Positions 1-10,862 of a DNA stretch of 64,000 nucleotides are shown here, piece by piece (the stretch's first letter is position 1; the number at the start of each line of letters is the position of its first letter). Source of the DNA: an uncultured SAR86 cluster bacterium (lineage in GTDB: Bacteria; Pseudomonadota; Gammaproteobacteria; Magnimaribacterales; D2472). The notes under the pieces were generated by a model, which was not told where the DNA came from, ran no database searches, and saw only the letters and a list, made by a program, of their open reading frames with translations. The DNA lies in contig CABYCL010000001.1 in assembly GCA_902517505.1 (NCBI GenBank), positions 93,006 through 157,005 on the forward strand. The letters run 5' to 3'. The position numbers and the translations under genes were made by a program.

Positions 1-528
1 TTTGCCTGTTTGTCTGTCTCCAATTATTAATTCTCTTTGGCCTCTTCCGATTGGAACCATGGCGTCGACTGCTTTCAAACCAATCTGAACTGGTTGATCA
101 ACAGATTGACGAGCGATAACACCTGGAGCAACAACCTCAACAGGCGCAGTATTTTCTGCTTTTATTTCACCCTTTCCATCAATTGGAGCACCCAGAGTAT
201 TTACTACCCTTCCTAACATAGCCTCACCAACTGGAACCTCTAAAACTTTTCCTGTACAAACTGCTTTTTGGCCTTCAATTATTTCTAAATAATCTCCTAA
301 GACAACTGCTCCAACTGAGTCTTGCTCTAGGTTTAGAGCCATGCCCTTAGTGCCATTTTCAAACTCTATAACCTCACCATACATTACATCTCCCATGCCA
401 TGTATTCTTACAATACCGTCAGATACGCTAACAACAATACCTTCATTTTTTCTTTCTGCAGAAAGATCCAGACCAGCAATTTTCTCTTTTAGAACACTAG
501 ATATTTCTGATGGATTTAATTGACTCAT
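1..528 (-). CDS. atpA: ATP synthase F1 alpha subunit, N-terminal part (gene runs off the window start)
   Basis: Hand translation from ATG at 528..526 gives [23 protein letters not shown]... It is still open at base 1 in ...[15 protein letters not shown] (Walker A). It follows atpH in canonical operon order. It is absent from the ORF track because no stop lies in the window. Confidence 0.9.
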   Translation of the reverse strand, partial: MSQLNPSEISSVLKEKIAGLDLSAERKNEGIVVSVSDGIVRIHGMGDVMYGEVIEFENGTKGMALNLEQDSVGAVVLGDYLEIIEGQKAVCTGKVLEVPVGEAMLGRVVNTLGAPIDGKGEIKAENTAPVEVVAPGVIARQSVDQPVQIGLKAVDAMVPIGRGQRELIIGDRQTGK

Positions 529-537
529 TTTTTCACC

Positions 538-1074
538 TTAAAAATTTAATTGGTTTACAAGTTTATTGACCTTTCCTCTAATGGAGAGGTCAAGTGTTTC
601 GTCGCCTATCTTAATTGATAAGCCGCCCATCATTTTTGGGTCTTTTGAAAAATAAATGTTGGCATCTTTGCCATATGTTGACCTTAGTTTTTTCTCTATG
701 CTATTTTTAGCTTCCTCTCCAGGCTCAACAGCAACATAAACCTGGATTGAATTTTGCTCTTTATGTTTCTCTAGAAGACTTTGGTAAATAGAATATATAG
801 GCTCAAGTAAATTTAAACGCTTGTTTTCAGCCAATATTTCAATAAGTTTTATTAAGGTATCAGAAGTGCTTTCTTCAAATAATTTAACAAGAATTTCTAC
901 AACCTCTTTTCTTGAGAAAGAAGGATTTTCTATAGTATTTTTAACACCTTCTGTTTGTGAAGCAGCAGCCATTATCTTAAGTTCTTCTGCCATTTCATCA
1001 AGATTGTTTGACTCCACAGCTGAGGCAAAAAGAGCTTTTGCATATGGTCTAGCTAAAGGTGTTAATTCAATCAT
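538..1074 (-). CDS. atpH: ATP synthase F1 delta subunit (OSCP)
   Basis: 178 aa. Position between atpF and atpA. N-terminus LARPYAKALF is typical of the delta subunit. Confidence 0.9.
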   Translation of the reverse strand: MIELTPLARPYAKALFASAVESNNLDEMAEELKIMAAASQTEGVKNTIENPSFSRKEVVEILVKLFEESTSDTLIKLIEILAENKRLNLLEPIYSIYQSLLEKHKEQNSIQVYVAVEPGEEAKNSIEKKLRSTYGKDANIYFSKDPKMMGGLSIKIGDETLDLSIRGKVNKLVNQLNF

Positions 1075-1077
1075 TAT

Positions 1078-1548
1078 CTATAATTCCTCTGCTGCTTTTT
1101 TGAGAATAGCTTCGTGTTTTTCTTTTGAGATTTCATCGCCTAGAATTTTTTGGGTTGTATCAATAATGATGTCTGACATTTGTTCTCTTAGTTCTTCTTT
1201 CGCTTTATTGGTTTCATTCTCAATGGCCGTTGATGCTGATGCCATTATTTTCTCTGCTTCAGACTCTGCTTTTTTTGATGCATCTCCAACAATCTGGGAC
1301 GCTCTAGTGTTTGCCTTCTCAAGAATTTCGGCGGCCTCACTTTTTGCTTGATTTAACTCCTTATCAAAAGCTAATTTGGCCTCCTCTAGAGAATCGTCTG
1401 CTTTTTTGGCTGCCTCTAATCCATCAGAAATCTTTTTTTCTCTTTCTTGCATAACCGAAAGTATTGGAGGATAAATATATCTCCAACATATAGCCACAAA
1501 AACAATCATTACGACTGCTTGAGCAAGTAAGGTTGCGTTTATATTCAT
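1078..1548 (-). CDS. atpF: ATP synthase F0 subunit b
   Basis: 156 aa with an N-terminal TM helix and a long charged helix. Operon position. Confidence 0.9.
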   Translation of the reverse strand: MNINATLLAQAVVMIVFVAICWRYIYPPILSVMQEREKKISDGLEAAKKADDSLEEAKLAFDKELNQAKSEAAEILEKANTRASQIVGDASKKAESEAEKIMASASTAIENETNKAKEELREQMSDIIIDTTQKILGDEISKEKHEAILKKAAEEL

Positions 1549-1563
1549 ATCTTATTTGTTATC

Positions 1564-1794
<231 letters not shown>

Positions 1795-1808
1795 CTATAA
1801 GTTGAGGA

Positions 1809-3106
<1,298 letters not shown>

Positions 3107-3136
3107 GTTGTTTTTATCTTAATTTTTTAAACTTAA

Positions 3137-3976
3137 TTACTTTTTTAGTTTTGAAATAATAATATCAAGCTCGTCTAGGGTCTTATAAAAAATACTTACT
3201 TTGCCGCTTTTTTTATTTTTTGATTCTATTTCTATCTTATGTCCAAAATCTCCAGACATCTCTTGCTCTATATTTAAAATATCTGTGTCTTTGTTGTTTT
3301 TATTAACGCTTTTAGATGTTTTTTTATGGTTCGATAGTTTATTTAGATCTTTGACACTAAGCTTGTTTTTTATAATATTTTCGGCTGCTTTTTCTGCCTC
3401 TTCTGGATCAAGGGATGCAAGGAGTTTAGCGTGCCCTTTTTCAATTTGCCCAGCCGAAAGCATATCCAGAACCCTGGGTGGAAGAGATAATAACCTCAAG
3501 GAGTTTGCTATAGTGCTTCTAGCCTTTCCTGTAGAAGTAGCAACCTCTTCTTGGGTTAGACCAAACTCTCTTTTTAGTCTGTCTAGGCCTCTTGCCTCCT
3601 CTACAGGGTTAAGATCTTCTCTTTGTAAGTTTTCTATAAGGGCCGATACCAACGCATCTTGGTCTTGTTTTTGGTCGACCAAACATGGAATTGTTTTTAG
3701 TTTAGCCATTTTTGAGGCCCTTAATCTTCTTTCTCCTGCAATAACCTCATATTCGTTTAAGCCGAGCTCTCTTACTAAGATTGGAGATAATACCCCTTGG
3801 TTTTTTATCGAGGCTGTTAGCTCTTCCAGTTTTTCGCTATCAAAATTTGATCTTGGTTGGAATCTTCCTGGTTTTATTTTGTTTAGGTCAATTTCTTTTA
3901 CCGCTCTTTGGTTTGTGTTTGATTGACCTAACAAAGCATCTAGTCCTTTGTTTAATGTTTTTTTGTCTTCAGGCAT
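3137..3976 (-). CDS. parB: Chromosome partitioning protein ParB (Spo0J)
   Basis: 279 aa with the GERRLRA box and an HTH region. Overlaps the parA stop. Confidence 0.9.
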   Translation of the reverse strand: MPEDKKTLNKGLDALLGQSNTNQRAVKEIDLNKIKPGRFQPRSNFDSEKLEELTASIKNQGVLSPILVRELGLNEYEVIAGERRLRASKMAKLKTIPCLVDQKQDQDALVSALIENLQREDLNPVEEARGLDRLKREFGLTQEEVATSTGKARSTIANSLRLLSLPPRVLDMLSAGQIEKGHAKLLASLDPEEAEKAAENIIKNKLSVKDLNKLSNHKKTSKSVNKNNKDTDILNIEQEMSGDFGHKIEIESKNKKSGKVSIFYKTLDELDIIISKLKK

Positions 3977-4730
3977 ACTCCACCTTCCTAATTACCTCAC
4001 CAGCCAGGGCTAAATAAGCCTTAGCACCGTAAGAGTTTGGCATATATTTTATACCAGATATTCCGTGGCTGGGGGCCTCGGCCAGTTTTACATTTCTTGG
4101 TATTAGTGTATTAAAAACCAAATTCTTAAAGTGCTTTTCCAACTCATCAGAAACCTCTTTTGCTAGGTTGTTTCTCATATCAACCATTGTTCTTACAATA
4201 CCAATAACCCTGTTAGATGACATGTTTTTGTCTGAAAGTGTTTGAATGGTTGTCATAAGACCAGTAACCCCTTCCAACGAATAATACTCACACTGAAGTG
4301 GTATTAGCGTTCCAGACGCACAAAAAAGACCCTCTATTGTTAGTTGATTTAATGTTGGGGGTGTATCAATAATTGTATAGTCATATTTATTAGAAATCCC
4401 TTCTAGGCTTTTCAAAAGAAATCCTTGTTTGTTGTCGTTTCTAATTGAAACCTCAAGCGCAATTAACTCTTCACCCCCAGGGATGATGTCGTACCCGTCT
4501 TTACTTGAGTATGTGCAGTCCTCGATTGGGATGGTATCAAAATAATGGTTGTAAAGCGTGTTTGGGTCCTCTGTTAGAATGCCTGCTGCTGTGCTGGCAT
4601 TTCCTTGGGGGTCCATGTCAATTAAAAGAACCTTTCTTTTTGTTGCTGCAAGGCTTGCTGAAAGATTAACTGCTGTTGTTGTTTTGCCAACTCCTCCTTT
4701 TTGGTTTGCAATTGCTATTATTTTATTCAT
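3969..4730 (-). CDS. parA: Chromosome partitioning ATPase ParA/Soj
   Basis: 253 aa with deviant Walker A KGGVGKTT. Confidence 0.9.
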   Translation of the reverse strand: MNKIIAIANQKGGVGKTTTAVNLSASLAATKRKVLLIDMDPQGNASTAAGILTEDPNTLYNHYFDTIPIEDCTYSSKDGYDIIPGGEELIALEVSIRNDNKQGFLLKSLEGISNKYDYTIIDTPPTLNQLTIEGLFCASGTLIPLQCEYYSLEGVTGLMTTIQTLSDKNMSSNRVIGIVRTMVDMRNNLAKEVSDELEKHFKNLVFNTLIPRNVKLAEAPSHGISGIKYMPNSYGAKAYLALAGEVIRKVEYA

Positions 4731-5314
4731 TTTTCTCTTATCAAAACCACATGCCTTTCTTCGGGGCCAAGCTCTTGTTTAATTATTTCATATATGTGAG
4801 TGTTTTTGTTTATGTCTTTTAATTCTTGTTTTATGGTTTTCTCTTTGCCTTTTAGTAAAACATATTTGGATTTGTTGTTTGTGTTGTTTTGAGTAAGGTC
4901 TATTATGTTTTTTATGTTTGAAAAGGCTCTTGCTGTAATGATATCGAATGTGCCAAGGGTGTTGTTTGTGGTTATCTTTTCATTAATTATGGTTGTGTTG
5001 CTTAAGGAAAGTTTATCGACAGCGGTCCTTAAGAAATAGCATTTTTTAGCGCTGCTTTCTATTAGATATATTTTGTTTTTTGGTTTTATTATTGATAAAA
5101 GAATGCCTGGAAACCCTCCTCCAGACCCAAGGTCTAGAGTTGTTTTTTCCTTTTTTAGGTATTGGATTATTGGTTGGCAATCAAGAATGTCTTTATAAAA
5201 AACCTCTTGGTTGTCTGCTCTTGAAAAAATATTGTGTGTTTTGTTGAATTCTAGTGCGAGATCTATAAATATGGATATTTTTTTATTTTGTTCTTTTGTG
5301 AACAGGTTATGCAT
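4727..5314 (-). CDS. rsmG: 16S rRNA (guanine527-N7)-methyltransferase
   Basis: 195 aa with SAM motif [11 protein letters not shown]. Lies between mnmG and parA. Coding strand is unusually A+C rich. Confidence 0.85.
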   Translation of the reverse strand: MHNLFTKEQNKKISIFIDLALEFNKTHNIFSRADNQEVFYKDILDCQPIIQYLKKEKTTLDLGSGGGFPGILLSIIKPKNKIYLIESSAKKCYFLRTAVDKLSLSNTTIINEKITTNNTLGTFDIITARAFSNIKNIIDLTQNNTNNKSKYVLLKGKEKTIKQELKDINKNTHIYEIIKQELGPEERHVVLIREK

Positions 5315-7154
5315 CTTGTTTTTGCAGCTCGTTTTTTTTCAATTGTATTAGTATTAGATTAACCGCTGCTGGGGTTACACCCTCAAGCCTTGAGGCCATA
5401 CCGATTGTTTCTGGTTTGTGGTTTGTGAGTTTTTCTTTTACTTCATTAGAAAGCCCAGCTATATTTGAGTAGTTAAGGTTTGGTGGTATTTTTTTCTTGT
5501 TTTGTTTTTTTGTTTTTTTAATTTCTCTTAATTGTTTTTTAATATATCCTTCGTATTTTGCTTCCCTTGCTGCTCTTTCAAAAAACTTTTTTTCGTTTAT
5601 TTTTGTTTTGTAGATTTTTTTGTTGTCTATGTCTGTTCTTTTAAGTAATTCGGTGATGTTTTTTTTCTCTGGTAAATCAATTTTCTCATTTTTGTTATTT
5701 ATAAAAGATTTGATTTTTGTTTTTTTTAGGGTGTTTTTTATAAACTCTTTGTATTCCTGTTCTTTTTTTACGAATTCTTTCTTTCTGTTTTTTTCAATCA
5801 GCCTTAGATCAAAAGCTTTGAGCAGTAATCTTTGCTCAGCGTTGTTTTGTGATAAAAGGAGTCTGTGTTCTGCTCTGCTTGTAAACATTCTATATGGCTC
5901 GGTTATTCCATGGTTTGTGAGATCGTTTATAAGTACTCCTATATAAGCCTCGCTTCTCTCTAAAACAACCTCCCCTTTTTTTTGAATCGACCTTGTTGCG
6001 TTAACCCCTGCTATGAGCCCCTGTGCCGCCGCTTCTTCATAGCCTGTGGTTCCGTTAATTTGTCCGGCTAAATAAAAGTTTTTAAAAAATTTTGTTTCGA
6101 GGGTTTGTTTTATGTTTCTCGGGTCTATGAAGTCGTACTCAACAGCATAACCATACTCGGTGATGTTGGCATTTTCTAGTCCTTTTATTGAATAAATAAA
6201 ACTCTCTTGTGTTTTTTTTGGAAGGCTTGTTGATATTCCATTTGGGTAAACGAGGTCTTTGTTAATTCCCTCTGGTTCGATAAAAATCTGGTGGCTTTGT
6301 TTGTTTTTAAATTTATTTACCTTGTCTTCAATTGAGGGGCAGTACCTAGGCCCAATTCCAATTATGTTTCCTGAATACATTGCAGAAAGGTGTGTGTTTT
6401 TTTCTATTATTTGATGGGTTTTTTTGTTGGTTCTTGTTATAAAACAAGATAGTTGTTTTTGGTGTTTTTTTGGTCTGTTGTAAAGAGACATCCAAGGGGT
6501 TGGTTTTTCGCCAGGTTGTTCTTCCATTTTGTTTAGGTTGATGCTTGATAGTTTTATTCTTGCTGGTGTTCCTGTTTTAAGTCTTCCCATTGGGATATTT
6601 AAACTATAGAGTTTTTCTGAAAGCGGTATTGCAGAACCATCTCCAACCCTACCCCCAAGGGTTACCTCGTCTCCTGTATACATCCTACCGTTTAAAAAAG
6701 TTCCGGTTGTTAAGATTGTTCTTTTTGCTAATATTTTATGCTTGTTTGTAATAACGCCTTTAACTGTTTTTTTGTCTGTTATAAGGTCAATTACCTCATC
6801 CTCGATAATTTCTATGTTTGTTTTTTTAAGAATTTTTTGAACAGCTTTTTTATAAAGATCTCTGTCGCATTGAACCCTCAAAGCTTGAACTGCATCTCCC
6901 TTCCTTGTGTTAAGTGTTCTATATTGAATGCCTGACATATCTGTTGCTATAGGCATTAAACCCCCCATTGCTTCGATCTCTCTTACAATGTGAGATTTAC
7001 CCAGCCCTCCTATTGCTGGGTTGCATGACATTTGACCTATTGTTTTTAGATCAAAGGTAACCAGGGCGCATGAGAGTCCCATTCTGTTTACAGCATAAGC
7101 AGCCTCAACACCCGCATGACCAGCGCCCACTACAACCACATCGAATTTATACAT
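5307..7154 (-). CDS. mnmG: tRNA uridine 5-carboxymethylaminomethyl modification enzyme MnmG (GidA)
   Basis: 615 aa with N-terminal FAD fold [14 protein letters not shown] and conserved MnmG blocks. Confidence 0.95.
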   Translation of the reverse strand: MYKFDVVVVGAGHAGVEAAYAVNRMGLSCALVTFDLKTIGQMSCNPAIGGLGKSHIVREIEAMGGLMPIATDMSGIQYRTLNTRKGDAVQALRVQCDRDLYKKAVQKILKKTNIEIIEDEVIDLITDKKTVKGVITNKHKILAKRTILTTGTFLNGRMYTGDEVTLGGRVGDGSAIPLSEKLYSLNIPMGRLKTGTPARIKLSSINLNKMEEQPGEKPTPWMSLYNRPKKHQKQLSCFITRTNKKTHQIIEKNTHLSAMYSGNIIGIGPRYCPSIEDKVNKFKNKQSHQIFIEPEGINKDLVYPNGISTSLPKKTQESFIYSIKGLENANITEYGYAVEYDFIDPRNIKQTLETKFFKNFYLAGQINGTTGYEEAAAQGLIAGVNATRSIQKKGEVVLERSEAYIGVLINDLTNHGITEPYRMFTSRAEHRLLLSQNNAEQRLLLKAFDLRLIEKNRKKEFVKKEQEYKEFIKNTLKKTKIKSFINNKNEKIDLPEKKNITELLKRTDIDNKKIYKTKINEKKFFERAAREAKYEGYIKKQLREIKKTKKQNKKKIPPNLNYSNIAGLSNEVKEKLTNHKPETIGMASRLEGVTPAAVNLILIQLKKNELQKQDA

Positions 7155-7368
7155 AAATAATTAAATAATAATATCTATATTATATACTTTTTGTTATTTC
7201 TATTAGGTTTGATTTTTTTGTTTATAAGTGTTTGTTTTGCCTTCCTACTAAGGAATTCCGGTGATTATAACAGTTGTATAACCATGTTCTACTCGCTTTA
7301 AGTAACAGTTAATAAACTGTTGACCAAAAAAAACCATAAAAAAAAACAACAAAAAACTAACAGGTTAT

Positions 7369-8685
7369 CTACTTACCAATACAATAATTATTAAATATAT
7401 CCCCCAGCAAAGAATCAGAAAACTTCCTACCCACCAACTCATCCAAAAAACTCCTAGCAATTTTAAGATCTTCCGCAACAAGCTCTAAAGATTCACCAGT
7501 ATTTAAACTATTTAAAACCTGGTCTAAAACACCAACAACAGACTTAAACAAATTTTCATGCCTGTCCCTTACTATATATTTATAATCCTCTTTTTTAATT
7601 CCCTTTTTAAACCCAGAAACAATCAAACCCTTTAAAACATCAAAACCCTCACCAGTCTTTGCAGAAACACAGCAATCAAAAACACCACCATCAAACAAAG
7701 GACTAATATCTATTTTATTTTGAACAGAAATAAAAGGCACATCACCACATAAACCCTTAAATTTTTTTATTAACACAACATCATTTTCTTCAAAAACCCC
7801 AATCACCAAATCAGCCTGATTAATTTCAGACAAAGAAAGTTCTATACCAGCTTTTTCAACAACATCTGAGGTGTTCCTCACACCAGCAGAGTCAAAAATT
7901 GAAAATGAAGAAGACTCATAAAACAATTCACTACTAACAATATCCCTAGTAGTTCCAGGAACACTGGAAACCAACGCCCTCTCAAAACCAAGCAAGCGAT
8001 TAAAAACAGACGATTTACCAGAATTAACCGGACCAACCAACAAAACATTGTTTTTTTGGGAACAAACCTTTTTATTTACACAACCACCCACAAAAAGATC
8101 AAACCTATTTTTTAATTTGTTTATATCATTAACAATAGACTCATCCATATACTCTTGGCCTTCATCAGAAAAATCTATTTCCGCCTCAACCCTTACTCTT
8201 ATCTGATCCAGCTCATCAGCAAAAACAACAATATTTTTAGACATCTCACCAAACAGAGAACCGCCAGACAAAGTGACACCAACCTCATCCACGGAATCAA
8301 TCAAATCTGCAACAGATTCAGCCTCATTTAAACTAATTTTATTGTTTAAAAAAGCACGTTTGGTAAACTCTCCGCCAACCGCCTCCTCAAACCCCACACC
8401 TTTGAAAGATTTAATAAAAGAAGACATAACCCCCAAACTTCCATGAGCGTAGACCTCAAAAGAATCTTCACCTGTATAGCTGTTAGGCCCTTTAAAAACA
8501 ACAAGACCGGCCTTATCAATCAGAACATCGTTATAAAAAAAACCCCTGACATGAAATTGACCAATATTGAAACCTTTATTTTTAATTAACTTTTTAAGAT
8601 GTTTGTGACATCCAGGACCCGAAACCCTAAAAACACATATTGCTGATTTAGCTGGCGGAGTAGCTAAAGCAAATACCGTTGACAC
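7369..8685 (-). CDS. mnmE: tRNA modification GTPase MnmE (TrmE)
   Basis: The track ORF 7369..8973 carries a 96-codon N-terminal extension that overlaps yidC. Homology starts at VSTVFALATPPAKSAICVFRVSG, so the start is re-called at GTG 8685, 3 nt past the yidC stop. G1 motif GPVNSGKSS, TTRD, and C-terminal CIGK are present. Confidence 0.85.
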   Translation of the reverse strand: MSTVFALATPPAKSAICVFRVSGPGCHKHLKKLIKNKGFNIGQFHVRGFFYNDVLIDKAGLVVFKGPNSYTGEDSFEVYAHGSLGVMSSFIKSFKGVGFEEAVGGEFTKRAFLNNKISLNEAESVADLIDSVDEVGVTLSGGSLFGEMSKNIVVFADELDQIRVRVEAEIDFSDEGQEYMDESIVNDINKLKNRFDLFVGGCVNKKVCSQKNNVLLVGPVNSGKSSVFNRLLGFERALVSSVPGTTRDIVSSELFYESSSFSIFDSAGVRNTSDVVEKAGIELSLSEINQADLVIGVFEENDVVLIKKFKGLCGDVPFISVQNKIDISPLFDGGVFDCCVSAKTGEGFDVLKGLIVSGFKKGIKKEDYKYIVRDRHENLFKSVVGVLDQVLNSLNTGESLELVAEDLKIARSFLDELVGRKFSDSLLGDIFNNYCIGK

Positions 8686-8687
8686 AA

Positions 8688-10232
8688 CTAACCCGCACCA
8701 GGCCCGTGACCCATTCCTAAAGCACCATGTTTTTTGTATAAGTAACTCTGCTGCGCAAGCTGTACTCCGGTGTTTACAACTGTATACAAACAAAGAGCGG
8801 CTGGAAAAAACAAAAAGAAAACAGAAAACATAACAGGCATATATTTCATAACCTGGGCTTGTGTCGGATCCATACCAGCTGGTTGCGGATTTAACCTTTG
8901 AGTTAAAACCATTAACAAACCAAAGGCAGCAGGCAAAATAAAATATGGGTCTGGTGCTGAAAGATCCGCCCAAAAACCCAAAGTGCTAAACCTAAGCTCA
9001 ACCATCTCCCTCAATGCAAAAAAGAAACCAATAAAAAATGGCATTTGAATTAACAATGGCAAACAGCCACCCAAAGGATTTGCTCCGTGTTTCTTCATCA
9101 GCCTCATGGTTTCAGTGCCTTGGCTTTGGCGATCGTTTTTAAATCTTTCTTTTATTTCGTTCAATTCCGGTGTTATTTTTCTCAGAGCGGCCATAGACTT
9201 AAAGCTTTTCGCAGTCACAGGCCAAAACAAAAGCTTAATAAAAAGTGTAAAAATAATAATTGTTAGACCCCAACTATTAACATAACCATTTATAAAATCC
9301 ATCACAAAAACCATAGGTTGTGCTAAAAACCAAAACCAACCCATATCAATAGCAAGCTCCAAATTGTCTGCCCTCTGCATCAAATCTTTCCTTATTTTAG
9401 GCCCAACAAAAAGTCTGTGCTCATGACCATAAACCACATTAGAGGCGGACGACCCCTCAACAGTGTAACCCATTCTAAAAAACCCAGATTCTTTTGGTAA
9501 AACATAATAGTTATATATATGCTCATCCGAACCCAAAAGAGCAGCGAAGAAATATTTTTGAACAAAACCAATCCACCCCGACCTTGATAACACCTCGACA
9601 GGCTCATCTATTCTACTTAATCTTGATGTTGTGTAGGGGTCTGACTCAGAGCTGATAGCAACACCTTCGTAGGAGCTGTTGTTCATCATCCCACCCTCAA
9701 GAGCACCTCTTTTTAAATCAAGGGCCTTACCATCTGACCTGTAAAGACCAGCATAAGACTTACCTTTTATTCCTGAAGATGAGGAATCATAAATAGAAAC
9801 CTCATAAGGCGCGGCTGAAAGAGATATTCTTTTTGAAACACCCAGGCTTTCATCCACCAACTCAACATACCCATCCCCTAGATCATAAAGCCGATATTCT
9901 GGAACAACCCCAGTAAAACCACTTTTAAAATAATACTTAAAAGAAGAGCTTTTAGAAGAACCAAAAACCCTAAAACCAACAGAACCATCAACATTTTCTA
10001 CAGGATATTCCTTCAATCTCGATTCAACAATAGACCCACCAGAAACAGAAATAACCAACGAAAGCAAATCATTTTCTATTGAAACATAATCAGGATTTTG
10101 AAGATATTCAGACGATTTAACAGATGACAAATGATTTTCAATAGACTGGTTTTTTTGATCAGAGTTCCACTCATACAAAAGACCAAGCGACGACAAAACA
10201 ATAACAATTAAATAAATGCTTCTAATATTCAT
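8688..10232 (-). CDS. yidC: Membrane protein insertase YidC
   Basis: 514 aa with N-terminal anchor, large periplasmic domain and conserved C-terminal core (GANPLGGCLPLLIQMPFF). Confidence 0.95.
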   Translation of the reverse strand: MNIRSIYLIVIVLSSLGLLYEWNSDQKNQSIENHLSSVKSSEYLQNPDYVSIENDLLSLVISVSGGSIVESRLKEYPVENVDGSVGFRVFGSSKSSSFKYYFKSGFTGVVPEYRLYDLGDGYVELVDESLGVSKRISLSAAPYEVSIYDSSSSGIKGKSYAGLYRSDGKALDLKRGALEGGMMNNSSYEGVAISSESDPYTTSRLSRIDEPVEVLSRSGWIGFVQKYFFAALLGSDEHIYNYYVLPKESGFFRMGYTVEGSSASNVVYGHEHRLFVGPKIRKDLMQRADNLELAIDMGWFWFLAQPMVFVMDFINGYVNSWGLTIIIFTLFIKLLFWPVTAKSFKSMAALRKITPELNEIKERFKNDRQSQGTETMRLMKKHGANPLGGCLPLLIQMPFFIGFFFALREMVELRFSTLGFWADLSAPDPYFILPAAFGLLMVLTQRLNPQPAGMDPTQAQVMKYMPVMFSVFFLFFPAALCLYTVVNTGVQLAQQSYLYKKHGALGMGHGPGAG

Positions 10233-10546
10233 TTTAAACTTAAATCACCCGACAATGACTTTACCGCCTCATCAACCTCTAACAAAGCTTTTTCATATGA
10301 TAACTCCCCAAAAGGTCTAAATACAGAAAAAATAATAACCCCATCACCTGGAATAACAATATTAAGAGACCTAAAAATTTCTTTTATGTGTCTTTTTATT
10401 TTATTTCTTTTTACGGCTAGCCTAAAATATTTTTTTGATATCGAAATTTCTAAACCACCTTTAGATGAAGGCTTATAAAAAAGCCTAAAATTTTTACTTG
10501 AATAAATACAATTATAAGAATTAAATTTTTGATTTGAACCAGACAA
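10229..10546 (-). CDS. rnpA: Ribonuclease P protein component
   Basis: 105 aa, TTG start, RNR-type motif AVKRNKIKRHIKE. Lies between rpmH and yidC. Confidence 0.8.
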   Translation of the reverse strand: MSGSNQKFNSYNCIYSSKNFRLFYKPSSKGGLEISISKKYFRLAVKRNKIKRHIKEIFRSLNIVIPGDGVIIFSVFRPFGELSYEKALLEVDEAVKSLSGDLSLK

Positions 10547-10547
10547 A

Positions 10548-10682
10548 TTATGCGCTTAAAACCTTTCTTCCCTTTTTTCTTCTATTAGACAATACCGCCC
10601 TTCCTGCCTTGGTGGCCATTCTTGCTCGAAACCCATGTGTTCTTTTTCTTTTAAGGTTGCTTGGTTGGAAAGTTCTTTTCAT
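10548..10682 (-). CDS. rpmH: 50S ribosomal protein L34
   Basis: Not in the ORF track (44 aa). Hand translation gives [44 protein letters not shown] with a TAA stop at 10550..10548. Confidence 0.95.
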   Translation of the reverse strand: MKRTFQPSNLKRKRTHGFRARMATKAGRAVLSNRRKKGRKVLSA

Positions 10683-10779
10683 AATAAAATTAAGGTCAAA
10701 AAGTGATGAGAATTATAGCGCATTAATTTTTGAAAGCTAGGAAATGTACTATAAAAAAACAATTTTTTTTATATACAAC

Positions 10780-10788
10780 TTATCCACA
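10780..10788 (+). promoter_or_regulatory. Perfect DnaA box TTATCCACA upstream of dnaA
   Basis: Exact 9-mer consensus 75 nt upstream of the dnaA start. It is the only perfect box in the 180-bp rpmH-dnaA spacer. Confidence 0.6.
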
Positions 10789-10862
10789 GCAAATTCGTAT
10801 ATTTATTCTGTAGATATCTTGTGAAATTTTTAATAGACTATCTAGTCTAATAGGAGAAAGAA

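Noticed and set aside
3201-3926. 241-aa plus-strand ORF antisense to parB. Similar shadow ORFs lie at 341-523, 821-1351, 5620-5946, 35475-35855 and 58252-58728.
   Set aside because: All are low-complexity S/F/L-rich translations lying fully inside well-supported genes on the other strand. They are typical shadow ORFs of AT-rich coding sequence.
7298-7312. TTAA-N7-TTAA (CtrA-box-like) sequence in the spacer
   Set aside because: CtrA is alphaproteobacterial, whereas the gene order here is gammaproteobacterial. The pattern is also expected by chance in about 70% A+T DNA.
7155-7368. oriC call at the mnmG-mnmE spacer, based on synteny with Vibrio/E. coli (gidA-oriC-mioC)
   Set aside because: No DnaA box is better than 2 mismatches, there are no GATC clusters and mioC is absent. 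The flanking skew polarity is also the reverse of an origin. It is kept only as an open question in the findings.
7369-8973. 534-aa ORF suggesting a long MnmE with a 96-residue N-terminal extension overlapping yidC by 286 nt
   Set aside because: The extension (MGGSFSTRPIFYFACCLW...) has no MnmE similarity. It stays open only because the G+T-rich minus strand is poor in stop codons. Homology begins at GTG 8685, just after the yidC stop.
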